From assembly GCA_026770705.1 (NCBI GenBank), contig JANJGN010000005.1:191952001-192016000 (forward strand): a DNA stretch of 64,000 nt, given 5' to 3'. The DNA is from Isurus oxyrinchus. Lineage: Eukaryota. Below, piece by piece: positions 37,465-49,689 of this stretch. Every line of letters starts with the position of its first letter. Positions within the stretch are counted from its first letter, which is position 1. The notes under the pieces are model-generated. The model searched no databases, was not told the origin of the DNA, and worked only from the letters and a program-made list of their open reading frames with translations. A program made the translations under genes and the position numbers.

Positions 37465-37785
37465 ATTCACCAAGGCACCTTCCAAACCCACAACCACTAC
37501 CATCTAGAAGGACAAGGGCAGCAGATAGATGGGACCACCACCACCTGGAAGTTCCCCTCCAAGACACTCACCATCCTGACTGGGAAATATATCACCGTTC
37601 CTTCACTGTCGCTGGGTCAAAATCCTGGAACTCGCTCCCTAACAGCACTGTGGGTGTACCTACACCACATGGACTGCAGCAGTTCAAGAAGGCAGCTCAC
37701 CACCACCTACTCAAGGGGAACTAGGGATGGGTGATAAATGCTGGTCTAGCCAGCAAAGCCCACATCCCATGAATGAATAATAAAG
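37465..37785 (+). mobile_element. LINE family A 3' end
   Basis: ORF 37449..37724: RHLPNPQPLPSRRTRAAD...RSFTVAGSKSWNSLPNSTVGVPTPHGLQQFKKAAHHHLLKGN*. Confidence 0.85.
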
Positions 37786-37954
37786 AAAAGAATTTGCGTC
37801 CTTTTACTTTCTATCTCTTTCATCACCCAGGAAGTTCTGGATTTGTTTGTGTGACCTTTCACCATCATGGGCATGTACCTCAGCTGGACCCAAACTAATT
37901 CCTCTTTTAAAGACAGCCCATGGGTCTGTTACAGTTTTGCCTGTAAATCTTGGA

Positions 37955-38400
37955 TTCCAAACTGGAATATTGTGTCCAGTTTTTGGCACTACACCACAGG
38001 AAGATGAAAAGAGTGCAGAAAAGATTGATGAGAATTGTTCCAGGGATGAGGATCTTCAGTTTAAATAGATTGGAGCAGCTGGGGCTGTTCTCCTTGGAGA
38101 AGAGAAGGTTATGAGGAGATTTGATCGAGGTGTTCAAAATCATGAGGGGTCTGGACAGAGTAGATGGGCAGCAACTGTTCCCATTGGTGGACAGGCACCG
38201 ATATAAGGTGAATGGCAAAAAATGCAAAGGCAACACTCTCAGCGAGTGGTTCGGGTCTGGACTGCACAGCCTGACAGTGAGGTGGAGGCAGATTCAATCA
38301 TGGCTTTCAAAAGAGAGTTAGATAAACACCTAAAGAGAGGAAAATTGTGGGGCTATGGGAAAAGCAGAGGAGTGGGACTGGCTGCATTGGTCCTGCGAGC
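37955..38400 (+). mobile_element. CR1 LINE 3' fragment (preceded by an inverted CR1-like piece at ~37805-37950)
   Basis: LEYCVQF...LEQLGLFSLEKRRL.GDLIEVFKIMRGLDRVD...VVRVWTAQPDSEVEADSIMAFKRELDKHL. Confidence 0.85.
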
Positions 38401-38519
38401 AGGATCTTCCCAGTCCTGTGGGATCAGGATTCAAAGTGAGACTGGGAGGAATTCGAGAGAAAGATACCCTGCAGGATCCAACACAATCCCACCTTTGGGC
38501 AATCTTCATGGAGCTGGGT

Positions 38520-40250
38520 CAACACCAGCAACAGCTATCTGCCCAGCAACAGCTATCTGCCCGGCAACAGCTATCTGCCCGGCAACAGCTATCTTCCCGG
38601 CAACAGGGACCCGCCCAGCAACACCCCCGGGCAGCAGCTACCCACCAGCAACACCCCCGGCAGCAGATACCCACCAGCAACACCCCCGGCAGCAGCTACC
38701 CACCGGCAACACCCCCGCAGCAGCTACCCACCAGCAACACCCCTGGCAGCAGCTACCCACCGGCAACACCCCTGGCAGCAGCTACCCACCGGCAACACCC
38801 CCGGCAACAGCCAACCACCCGGCAACACTCCCGGCAGCAGCTACCCACTGGCAACACCCCTGGCAGCAGCTACCCACCGGCAACACCTCCAAGCAGCAGC
38901 TACCCACTGGCAACACCCCCAGCAACAGCTACCCACCGGCAACACCCCCGGCAACAGCTACCCACCGGCAACACCCCCAGCAACAGCTACCAACCAGCAA
39001 CACCCCCGGCAGCAGCTACCAACCAGCAACAACCCCGGCAACAGCCAACCACCCAGCAACACCCCAAGCATTAGCTACCCACCAGCAACACCGCTGGCAA
39101 CAGCTACCCTCCGGCAACACCCCCGGCAGCAGCTACCCACCAGCAACACCCCCGGCAACAGCTACCAACCAGCAACACCCCCGGCAGCAGCTACCAACCA
39201 GCAACAACCCCGGCAACAGCCAACCACCAGCAACACCCCGAGCATTAGCTACCCACCAGCAACACCGCTGGCAACAGCTACCCACCGGCAACACCCCCGG
39301 CAACAGCAACCCACCAGCAACACCCCTGGCAACAGCTACCCACCGGCAACACCCCCGGCAACAGCTACCTACCGGCAACACCCCCAGCAGCAGCTACCCA
39401 CCGGCAACACCCCTGGCAACAGCCAACCACCCGGCAACACCCCCAGCAGCAGCTACCCACCCAGCAACACCCCCGGCAACATCTACCCACCAGCAACACC
39501 CCCGGTAACAGCCAACCACCCGGCAACACCTCCAGCAGCAGCTACCCACTGGCAACGCCTCCGGCTGCAGCTACCCACTGGCAACACCTCCGGCAGCAGC
39601 TACCCACCAGCAACACCTCCGGCAGCAGCTACCCACCAGCAACACCCCCGGCAGCAGCTACCCACTGGCAACACCCCTGGCAACAGCTACCCACCCGACA
39701 ACACCCCCGGCAGCAGCTACCCACCAGCAACACCCCCAGCAACAGCCAACCACCCTCGGCAACACCCCCAGCAGCAGCTACCAACCAGCAACACCCCCGG
39801 CAACAGCCAACCACCCAGCAACACCCTCGGCAACAGCCAACCACCCGGCAACACCCCCGGCAACAGCCAACCACCCGGCAACACCCCTGGCAACAGCCAA
39901 CCACCTGGCAACACCTCCGGCAGCAGCTACCCACCGGCAACACCCCCGGCAACAGCCAAACACCCGGCAACACCCCCGGCAACAGCCAACCACCCGGCAA
40001 CACCCCCGGCAACAGCCAACCACCCGGCAACACCCCTGGCAACAGCCAACCACCCGGCAACACCCCTGGCAACAGCCAACCACCTGGCAACACCTCCGGC
40101 AGCAGCTACCCACCGGCAACACCCCCGGCAACAGCCAACCACCCGGCAACACCCCCGGCAACAGCCAACCACCCGGCAACACCCCTGGCAACAGCCAACC
40201 ACCTGGCAACACCCCTGGCAGCAGCTACCAACCAGCAACACCCCCGGCAG
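38520..40250. repeat. Minisatellite, ~29-30-bp unit CAGCAACACCCCCGGCAGCAGCTACCCAC
   Basis: Over 50 tandem units with variant CAGCCAACCACC. Source of the 428-aa and 239-aa ORFs. Confidence 0.95.
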
Positions 40251-40439
40251 AGGCTGCCCTCCCAGCAGAGGCTATCTGACTGTCAATTTTGATTTATGGG
40301 GTACAACTTCTTTGCAATAAATCCCCAATCGTGAATTATGTAACAAATCATTGGTTCACACTAAACTTAACCATCAGGTAAGACTGAACACTTCAGATGG
40401 TAAATTCCAAAGACCTGTTGACAATTAAAAGGTAGAAAG

Positions 40440-41445
40440 TGTCATGAAAAGCCAATACTGCCACGAATTACTTACGGGCATATTGAACTTTTTAAGTGTT
40501 TTTAAAGAAATACCAGCAAGGACACTGAGCAAAAGATGGCTGATAATGTAAAGCGACCACTTTTTGGAAAATTCCTATGTGGATTACAGTGACAGACCTG
40601 CCCTGAGAGAACATGGAATGTGGCACCTGAAAAGGTCTCATGGCCTTCTTCAAGCAGAGAAACTTGAAAGGGAGATAGGAAAGATGCAAAAGACTGAACT
40701 TTAATCTCCTAGGGTTGCGGAGACGAAAGACTGATTTGCATGTCTCAGCAGACATCCAAAAATCCATCTCCTGTTGATTTATATCTCGGAATGTGTAACT
40801 AGCTCTGACATGAATGCAGGATGACTATTTCCTTTCCTGCAATACGCAGGAAACATTGCAGGCAAAGTTTCTCCCTCTCAGTCTCTCTCTCTCTCTCTCT
40901 GTTGCTGGAATAAGGCTCAGCAGAAGCCACAATCCAAAAGGAAACAGGACAGCCTCTTCAGTTACCCTGCAGAACCAAGTGTCCTCAAACCAACTGTGAA
41001 ACTACCAAAGTCAGCTCTACAGGAATTACTGAACTTAACAGCCGCAGCATACCGCCATCTATGCCTCATGGACAAGCCAAGGCTGATTCGTATATTTTTA
41101 AATTTTTATTTGGATTTTTAACTTATAATTTCTAACCTGTGTGTATGTATGTTGTGTTTTTATTATTTTTCTTGGGTTTTGGTAACTAAAAAACTCACTC
41201 TTCCTTTGACTCAGGAAAGCGTGGTTAAATTGGTTCCTTCCAAAAAATAAATACATGTGGACTGGGAAAAGGTATCCATGGGGTAAGGGATCCCTTTTAA
41301 ATGAACCTTGTTGCGACCAACCAAGGGAGTTGAATAAAGAAGGAGAGCCAACTCGTTCCTCCTCACTTGGGAAAATAATAAAATTGGGATCCGGTTCGGG
41401 AATTTAACATACTTGGGGGGCCTCGCCTGGGGATAGGTCATAACA
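40440..41445 (+). mobile_element. Solo LTR (family 3, 1006 bp)
   Basis: Termini TGTCATGA / TCATAACA (7/8 inverted match) with exact 4-bp TSD AAAG at 40436-40439 and 41446-41449. Strand is a guess. Confidence 0.65.
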
Positions 41446-42232
41446 AAAGGTAACAAGTTAAAAAGATAGAAGACAAGGTTTCAATTAACAGTAAAAGGGA
41501 AAAGCTTAACTTAACAACTGCACAGACTTCTCACTGCTTCCTTGGGTGATCAGGCAGAAGGCATGGAGTGAGGATCCCCCTCTGGTCACTCATTACGTGG
41601 ATAACAAGCTGACAAAATGGTTTCCCAAAACTTTCATACCCTCAGCTCACATTCCTAATCTTAACTTAGCCTAACTGTCGAACAATAATTGGTTAACTTA
41701 ATCGTCTGCTGATTTATAATTGGTTCCTGACACTTGTGAGCATCTTCCCATACAGTAACACAATGGCTACTCAAACTGTTTCATACTTGAATAATGCCTC
41801 ATTCTTCATCCATCTTCATGTAACTTCCCAAGGTCACAAAGGCTTTGGCTTATCTTTCCAGACTGGTTTGAAAAACACATTTCACAATGTACTCTCATAA
41901 GATTCAATTAGTATATTTAAAATCAAATGTTCATTATGAAAGGTAAAACATTATATACTTTCTGTTACAGGTTATATTTCCTACCTTTACCATTACATCT
42001 ATTGATTAATTACTTGTTCTTCAACTGTCTCACAGTCAAGGCTCACTACATGTCCAATCATCCCTGGCTGGTTTCCAATCAAGCAGTTAACTGGTTAGTT
42101 TTTAAAATGTCTCCTGGATTAGTTCAAAATGGTTTATGACCATGTTAGTTTACTGTATTAAATAATGTATTGGATCAGATGTCAAGATACTGAAGTCACA
42201 CTAAAATTATTGATTTTAAAGCTACCAACAGT

Positions 42233-43035
42233 CCAGCAGAGGCTACCCCACCCTCCAGCAGAGGCTACCCCACCCTCCAGCAGAGGCTACCCCACCCCTT
42301 CCCCTGGCTGAAGCTACCCCACAGCCCCCCACTCCCCCGGCAGAGGCTACTCCACACCCCCCCCCCCCCCCGGCAGAGGCTACCCCACCACCCCCTGCAG
42401 AGGCTACCCCACCCCCCCGGCAGAGTCTACCCCACCCTCCAGCAGAGGCTACCCCACCCCTTCCCCTGGCAGAGGCTACCCCACCCTCCAGCAGAGGCTA
42501 CCCCACCCCTTCCCCTGCCTGAAGCTACCCCACAGACCCCCATCCCCCCAGCAGAGGCTACCCCACCCCCCCGGCAGAGGCTACCCCACCCCCCCGGCAG
42601 AGGCTACCCCACCCCCACAGCAGAGGCTACCCCACCCCCACAGCAGAGGCTACCCCACACCCCCCCAGCAGAGGCTACCCCACCCCCACAGCAGAGGCTA
42701 CCCCACCCCCACAGCAGAGGCTACCCCACACCCCCCCCGGCAGAGGCTACCCCACCCCCACAGCAGAGGCTACCCCACCCCCACAGCAGAGGCTACCCCA
42801 CAACCCCCGGCAGAGGCTACCCCACCCCCACAGCAGAGGCTACCCCACACCCCCCCGGCAGAGGCTACCCCACCCCCACAGCAGAGGCTACCCCACCCCC
42901 ACAGCAGAGGCTACCCCACAACCCCCGGCAGAGGCTACCCCACCCCCACAGCAGAGGCTACCCCACACCCCCCCGGCAGAGGCTACCCCACTGCCCCACC
43001 ACCACCCCCCCCACCCCTGCTACCCCACCCCCGGC
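42233..43035. repeat. Minisatellite, ~22-26-bp unit CAGCAGAGGCTACCCCACCCC
   Basis: About 30 tandem units. Confidence 0.95.
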
Positions 43036-43680
43036 AGTGGTAGGTATGCAATCTGCATAATTAATGACCATTCTCGGGCTGTTTGGATGTACCACTGGCA
43101 CCTTCCCAGTGGCGGGTGGGCCCTACACTGAGGCAGGGGCCTGGGTGGGCGGGTGACTCCTGTTCTCACAATCCCTCCCACCAGAGTTACAGCCATCACT
43201 GGGCCACAGCTGCTGCAGGGGAGTTACCTGTCAATCAGGGCAGCCTAGGGACAGCTCCGGCCAGGCTTTATTCCATTAAAGTCAATACCTCTTGAGTGAG
43301 TGTCTCAAGATAAAGGCTCCCTCCTTATCGCCTTCCAACAGTGGCAGCCCCTGTCCTTCCAAAGCTGCCTGCCCTCTGGGTCTGCTCGCTATCATTTATT
43401 GGATGAAGGACTGGAGGTCTATTAATCCACTACCTCTGGGCTGATGTCTCAGGCAGGCAACCTGACAGTTTGAGAGAGATTGTGACCCAGAAAAGCTCCC
43501 GATGCACTCAGAAGACTCTGCCCAGAGAGAGATGGCACAAATGCGATGGGCCGAATGGCCTCCTTCTGTGCTGAAATTATTCGATGGTTCTAATTACCGT
43601 TTGTGTCCCATAACTTATGGTTTTATTCTCTCAGTCCTTTGGTAGTGCAGAACTTAAGTTTTGCTGAAAGGAGGCATTTT

Positions 43681-43712
43681 GTTGAAGTTTTTCATCTTGC
43701 ACTCATCAGGAC
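43681..43712 (-). ncRNA. Second type of minimal hammerhead motif (decayed)
   Basis: GTC-CTGATGA-GT-GCAAG-AT-GAAA-AACT-TC-AAC. Core intact; three transitions restore GTC/GAC stem I, GT/AC stem II and a palindromic AGCT loop III. Confidence 0.55.
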
Positions 43713-43727
43713 ATTCACAAGAAATCC

Positions 43728-44451
43728 AAAACAAAAATAAAAATACCCGGAAAAACTCAGCAGGTCTGGCAGCATCTGCGGAGAGGAACACAGTTAATGT
43801 TTCGAATCCATATGACTCTTCAACAGAACTAAGTAAAAATAGAAAAGAGGTGAAATATAAGCTGGTTTAAGGGGGGGTGGGACAGGTAGAGCTGGATCGA
43901 GGGCCAGTGATAAGCGGAGATAACCAAAAGATGTCACAGACAAAAGGACAAAGAGGTGTTGAAGGTGGTGATATTATCTAAGGAATGTGCGAATTAAGGG
44001 TAGAAAGCAGGACGAGCAAGGTACAGATAGCCCTAGTGGGGGTGGGGTGGGGAGAAGGGATTGAAATAGGCTAAAAGGTGGAGATAAAACAATAGATGGA
44101 AATACATTTAAAAATAATGGAAATAGGTGGGAAAAGAAAAATCTATATAAATTATTGGAAAAAAAAGGGGGGGATCGGAAAGGGGGTGGGGATGGAGGAG
44201 AGAGTTCATGATCTAAAGTTGTTGAACTCAATATTCAGACTGGAAGGCTGTAAAGTACCTAGTCGGAAGATGAGGTGCTGTTCCTCCAGTTTGCGTTGGG
44301 CTTCACTGGAACAATGCAGCAAGCCAAGGACGGACATGTGGGCAAGAGAGCAGGGTGGAGTGTTAAAATGGCAAGCGACAGGGAGGTTTGGGTCATTCTT
44401 GTGGACAGACCACAGGTGTTCTTCAAAGCGGTCACCCAGTCCGCGTTTGGT
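43728..44451 (-). mobile_element. PLE 3' end with GIY-YIG remnant and hammerhead-like motif (43792-43830)
   Basis: TKRGLGDRFEEHLWSVHKNDPNLPVACHFN...RKLEEQHLIFRLGTLQPSSLNIEFNNFRS*, the same family as 1045-2362. Motif AGTT-CTGTTGA-A-GAGTC-ATATG-GATTC-GAAA-CATT-AACT. Confidence 0.9.
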
Positions 44452-45499
44452 CAAGAATACTGATGTCAGGGGAAGCAACCACTTTATACTATATGAGAAG
44501 AGAACGCTGATTGGCCGGCAAAAAGCTTCCACAAAATGTTTTATTCTCTATGTTTTATCTGAGATGATGCAGATTGTTTTAAAATGTCTCCTCTGTAATT
44601 TCTGGTCATGGGTTTAATTTTAAACATTATCCTCTCTGGCTTTTTCCTCTGTTCTGTTACCACTGGACAGGCTCAGCACATGCTGGACTGCTTTCACTGC
44701 ACTCTCAAATGGTCACTGCTCACCCATGCATATTGAGCCATAGTTGTCTTCACGTCCAAGACTAATCCTGGCTTCTAACTGACATTCTATGTACATCTTC
44801 CAGCACAGGTCACAGGGGAGAGATCAGAATGAAGGTGGTAGATGCCCAGGACTACTGAGGCCCGTTGTGCCTTGGCTGCCTGAAGACCCTCAAAGCTCAC
44901 AGCTCAATGTGAGTCAGAGTGCTGGGCAGCACACTTAAACTCAGAGCTGTCAGGGAGGTGGGCTGTGAGATTGGCTTTCATTAAAGATTCACACAATCCA
45001 GAATTCATTCACGACTACAGGGTAATTATTTTATTTGGCATTGGCCTCCATGACTTCATGACAAAATTCTTCTGCAAATGCCGTGCTGTGCTTGATTCTT
45101 GGTTGGTGCCTTTTCCTGTTATTTTACAATTGATTGGTTTTTGTTTTGTTTTCATCTGTTGTATGGGGTAAGTTGATTAACTAAATCGGAGACCACGCTG
45201 TGCTGTGTCAAAAGTTAATGAAGGCTGTGTAAGGTACCTGTGTTATGTTTCTGATAACAGCTTCATTTATACCATTCAGAATACTGCTACTCAGCACATT
45301 ACCTTATCTGTTAAACAACTACCTCAGACCAAAGACTTGACATCAAATCAATTTCAGATCAAACATTAATGGAGCCGTTTATTAATTTCTTTCCTACTGC
45401 AAGCTGTTTAGTATCTCTAAGAATGAAGGAATGAATAGATTCATTACAGTCAATGGTATATTTTTCTTAAATACCCATCTTCATGAATATAGATTCCAT

Positions 45500-47406
45500 A
45501 GGCAGCATTTTCCTGTTGGCGAGTGGGATGGTGGGGGGGGTGGCTGCATGTGTGGGGTGGGGGGCTGGGGGGGGGTGGTGTGTGTGGGGGGAGGTGGGGG
45601 GCTGGTGTGTGGGGTGGGGTGGGGGGGGGTGTGTGGGGTGGAGGGGGGTGGGGGTGGTGTGTGTGTGGGGGGGGGGTGTGTGTGGGGTGGGGGGGGGTGG
45701 TGTGTGGGATGGGGGGGGTGGTGTGTAGTGTGTGTGTGTGGGGGGGCTGGTGTGTGGGGTGGGGTGGGGGTGGTGCGTGGGGTGGGGGTGGTGTGTGTGT
45801 GGGGGGCGGGTGTGTGTGTGGGGGGGGGTGTGTGTGGGGTGGGGTGGGGGGGGTGTGTGGGGTGGAGGGGGTGGTGTGTAGTGTGTGTGGGGGGGGCTGG
45901 TGTGAGGGGTGGGGTGGGGGGTGTGTGTGGGGTGGAGGGGGGTGGGGGTGGTGTGTGTGTGGGGGGGGGTGTGTGTGGGGTGGGGGGGGGTGGTGTGTGG
46001 GATGGGGGGGGTGGTGTGTAGTGTGTGTGTGTGGGGGGGCTGGTGTGTGGGGTGGTGTGGGGGGGGGTGTGTGGGGTGGGGGTGGTGTGTGTGTGGGGGG
46101 CGGGTGTGTGTGTGGGGGTGTGTGTGTGTGGGGTGGGGTGGGGGGGTGTGTGGGGTGGAGGGGGGTGGTGTGTAGTGTGTGTGGGGGGGCTGGTGTGAGG
46201 GGTGGGGTGGGGGTGTGTGTGGGGTGGGGGGGGTGGGGGTGGTGTGTGTGTGGGGGCGGGTGTGTGTGTGGGGGGGGGTGTGTGTGGGGTGGGGGGGGTG
46301 TGTNNNNNNNNNNNNNNNNNNNNNNNNNNNNNNNNNNNNNNNNNNNNNNNNNNNNNNNNNNNNNNNNNNNNNNNNNNNNNNNNNNNNNNNNNNNNNNNNN
46401 NNNNNNNNNNNNNNNNNNNNNNNNNNNNNNNNNNNNNNNNNNNNNNNNNNNNNNNNNNNNNNNNNNNNNNNNNNNNNNNNNNNNNNNNNNNNNNNNNNNN
46501 NNNNNNNNNNNNNNNNNNNNNNNNNNNNNNNNGGGGGTGTGTGGGGTGGGGGTGGTGTGTGTGTGGGGGCGGGTGTGTGTGTGGGGGGGGTGTGTGTGGG
46601 GTGGGGGGGTGTGTGTGGGGTGGGGTGGGGGTGGTGTGGGGTGGGGGGGGGAGTGGTGTGTGTGTGTGGGGGGGGTGTGTGTGGGGTGGGGGGGGGCGGT
46701 GTGTGTGTGTTGGGGGGGTGTGTGTGGGGTGGGGGGGGGGGGTGGTATGTGGGGGGGGGGGGGGTGCGGTGGTGTGGTCCCGCTCACCAACGCGTTAAAT
46801 GCCTCACGGTGATGTGGGGTGTGCATCCTGACATTACCACGCGCCATTCTGATCCTCAGTTCGGGGGGATCGCAGCCGTGTCGACTACACACCTGCTGAG
46901 CTGTCAAAGGCCTATGAAGGCCTGTTAAAGACTAATTAAAGTAATTAACGGAGCTGCCCGTCCAACCTTAAGTTTGGTGAGCGAGTGAAGATCCCAGGCA
47001 GCCTTCACATTTATCATGGAACCTCATCCACGGGCGGGATGAGCCTCCATGAATGGTTATAAATTAAATAAAAAATTTTGAAAACATTCCCTGACATGTC
47101 CCAGCTCATGTGACACTGTCACATGTGGGGATATGTTTCAAAAGTTTTTTTTTCCCTTTATTTAAATTTTAAAATCTTAAACTGATCTCCCTGAGGACCG
47201 TCCGGGCAGAGCACCCGCTCAGAGAATTCCTGCCCCCCTCTGCCCACACAGGGAGCCCTCAGCGCTTACGGGTGTGTGTCACGACGGGATGGCTTTAATT
47301 GGCCCGCCCACTTAAAATGGCGGCGCGTCCCTGATCGGGGGTGCCTATCGGGTTCATGGCCATCTGCCCCCACAAAAAACCCCCCAACAGGGGGAAATTT
47401 CTGCCC
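45500..47406 (+). mobile_element. Full-length Harbinger-type MITE containing a >1.2-kb G/GT expansion
   Basis: TIRs AGGCAGCATTTT / AAATTTCTGCCC and TSD CAT (45497-45499, 47407-47409). The MITE body resumes at about 46775. Confidence 0.8.
45530..46770. repeat. G/GT-rich low-complexity array with an assembly gap (N 46304-46532)
   Basis: (GTGTGTGGGGTGGGGG)n-like; 229 Ns. Confidence 0.95.
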
Positions 47407-47499
47407 CATCAGTGCTGGTCATTCAGAGGGACAAATCTAGTCAATTATTTTGTCTGATTCAAGTGTCAGAAATACTTATTCTGGCATTTATGCTAAACC

Positions 47500-48540
47500 T
47501 TTTATAAATCACTGGGTTTGGCCTCAGCTGGAGTATTGTGTTTAATTCTGGGCATCACAGTTTAGGAAGGATGTGAAGGCTTTGGAGAAGATGCAGAGGA
47601 AATTTATTAGAATGGTTCCAAGGGTGAAAGACTTCAATTATGTGGAGAGAGTGGAGAAGCTGGGATTGTTCTCCTTAGAGTTGAGCTTAAGTGGAGATTT
47701 AATAGAGCTGTTCTAAATTATGAGGGGTTTGATAGTTTTTTTTATTAATTTGTGAGATGTAGCATGACTGGCTGGGCCAGCATTTGTTGCCCATTCCTAG
47801 TTGCCCTTGAGAAGGTGGTGGTGAGCTGCCTTCTTGAGCCGCTGCAGTCCATGTGGTGTGGGTACACCCACAGTGCTGTTAGGGAGGGAGTTCCAGGATT
47901 TTGACCCAGTGACAGTGAAGGAACGGCGATATATTTCCAAGTCAGGATGGTGAGTGACTCAGAGGGGAACTTCCAGGTGATTTACTCATGTGTCTTCTAG
48001 ATGGTAGTGGTCGTGGGTTTGGAAGGTGCTGTTGAAGGAGGCTTGGTGAGTTGCTGCAGTGCATCTTGTAAATGGTACACACTGCTGCCACTGTGCGTTG
48101 GTGGTAGAGAGAGTAGCTGTTCGCGGTGGTGAATAGGGTGTTGATTTAGCAGCTGCTTTGTCCTGGTTGGTGTCAAGCTTCTTGTGTGTTGGTGGTGCTG
48201 CACTCATCCAGGCAGAGTGAAAAAGGAGTAACTGTTTCCACTGGAAGGAGAGTTGGTGACCAGAGGACACAAATTTAAAATAATTGGCAAAAGTGCCAGA
48301 GGAAAGATGTAGAGAATATTTTCCAGGAACGAGTTGTTGTGATCTGGAAGGTGCTGCCTGAAAAGGCAATGAGAGCAGATTCAATAGGAACTTGCAAAAG
48401 GGAATTGAATAAATACTTGAAAAGGAGAAACTTTCGGGGCTGTGGGGAAAAGCAGGATTAATTGGACAGCTCTTTCAAAGAGCTGGCACAGGCACAATGA
48501 GCTGAATGGCCTCCTTCTGTGCTGTGAGATTCTGTGATTT
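47500..48540 (+). mobile_element. CR1 3' end interrupted by LINE family A (47735-48220, minus)
   Basis: CR1 (RPQLEYCV.FWASQFRKDVKALEKMQRKFIRMVP...) breaks after GGTTTGATAG and resumes at AAAAGGAGTAACTGTTTCCACTGG. Confidence 0.85.
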
Positions 48541-48799
48541 CCTATTTTTTTATGTGCGTGATGAATATAAATTGCCAGTGCATGGATAAGTTGCACCTTC
48601 AATTCTACCAGACTCACTGCTGTGCGTTTAGCTCCCCATTCATTGTTAAAATAGATTGGTAGGATATGCAAATTCAGAGTTGTGTCAACACCACCCACTC
48701 ATGGTTCTGCCTAAAATTTCAGATGTGGGTATCCTCACAAAGACAATTCAGCTTTGACTTACCAGCTCCAAACCACTGACAGCAGTGATGTGCAACCTC

Positions 48800-49290
48800 T
48801 GTGTGTGTCAGTGTATCTGTGTGTGTGTGTGTGTGTGTGTGTGTCTGTGTCTCTGTGTGTATGTCTTTNNNNNNNNNNNNNNNNNNNNNNNNNNNNNNNN
48901 NNNNNNNNNNNNNNNNNNNNNNNNNNNNNNNNNNNNNNNNNNNNNNNNNNNNNNNNNNNNNNNNNNNNNNNNNNNNNNNNNNNNNNNNNNNNNNNNNNNN
49001 NNNNNNNNNNNNNNNNNNNNNNNNNNNNNNNNNNNNNNNNNNNNNNNNNNNNNNNNNNNNNNNNNNNNNNNNNNNNNNNNNNNNNNNNNNNNNNNNNNNN
49101 NNNNNNNNNNNNNNNNNNNNNNNNNNNNNNNNNNNNNNNNNNNNNNNNNNNNNNNNNNNNNNNNNNNNNNNNNNNNNNNNNNNNNNNNNNNNNNNNNNNN
49201 NNNNNCTGCGTGTGCCTCTGTGTGAGTCTCTGTATGTGTCTGTTTGTGCGTATGTATCTGTGTATCTCTGTATGTGTGTGTCTGTGATTC
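48800..49290. repeat. (GT)n-type microsatellite with an assembly gap (N 48869-49205)
   Basis: TG/TC repeats flanking 337 Ns. Confidence 0.95.
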
Positions 49291-49431
49291 TGAGTGTGAT
49301 TCAGTCATTTTTAATCCCATTGATGTGATAGGAACTGTATCATAAATCTTAGCACCAAAAGTTAGTATTTAAAAGAAGCATTCTTGTTCATTGCAGGGAA
49401 GTAACAAGTGATCAAACCTTATAAAGACCTT

Positions 49432-49689
49432 AAGATAAAAGCCAAATACTGCGGATGCTGGAAATCTGAAACAAAAACAGAAAATACCAGAAAAACTCAG
49501 CAGGTCTGGCAGCATCTGTGGAGAGAGAAACAGAATTAGCGTTTCTAGTCAGTATGACCCTTCTTCAGAGCTCTGAGCTTTGGTAGCTCTGAAGAAGAGT
49601 CATACGGACTTGAAACATTAACTCTGTTTCTCTCTCCACCAGATGCTGCCAGACCTGTTGAGTTTTTCCAGCGTTTTCTGTTCTTGTGT
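49432..49689. mobile_element. Inverted dimer of PLE pseudo-LTR tails with two divergent hammerhead motifs
   Basis: Arms about 49470-49572 and 49585-49688 are reverse complements. Exact 14-bp direct repeat CTTATAAAGACCTT at 49418-49431 and 49690-49703. Confidence 0.85.

Noticed and set aside
38222-40241. 428-aa PATP/QQHP repeat ORF (mucin- or antifreeze-like look)
   Set aside because: It begins in a CR1 remnant and continues in a minisatellite whose 29/30-bp units shift frame constantly. There are no splice or signal-peptide cues.
45431-46928. Long His/Pro- and Gly/Val/Cys-rich ORFs
   Set aside because: G/GT low-complexity array plus an N gap.
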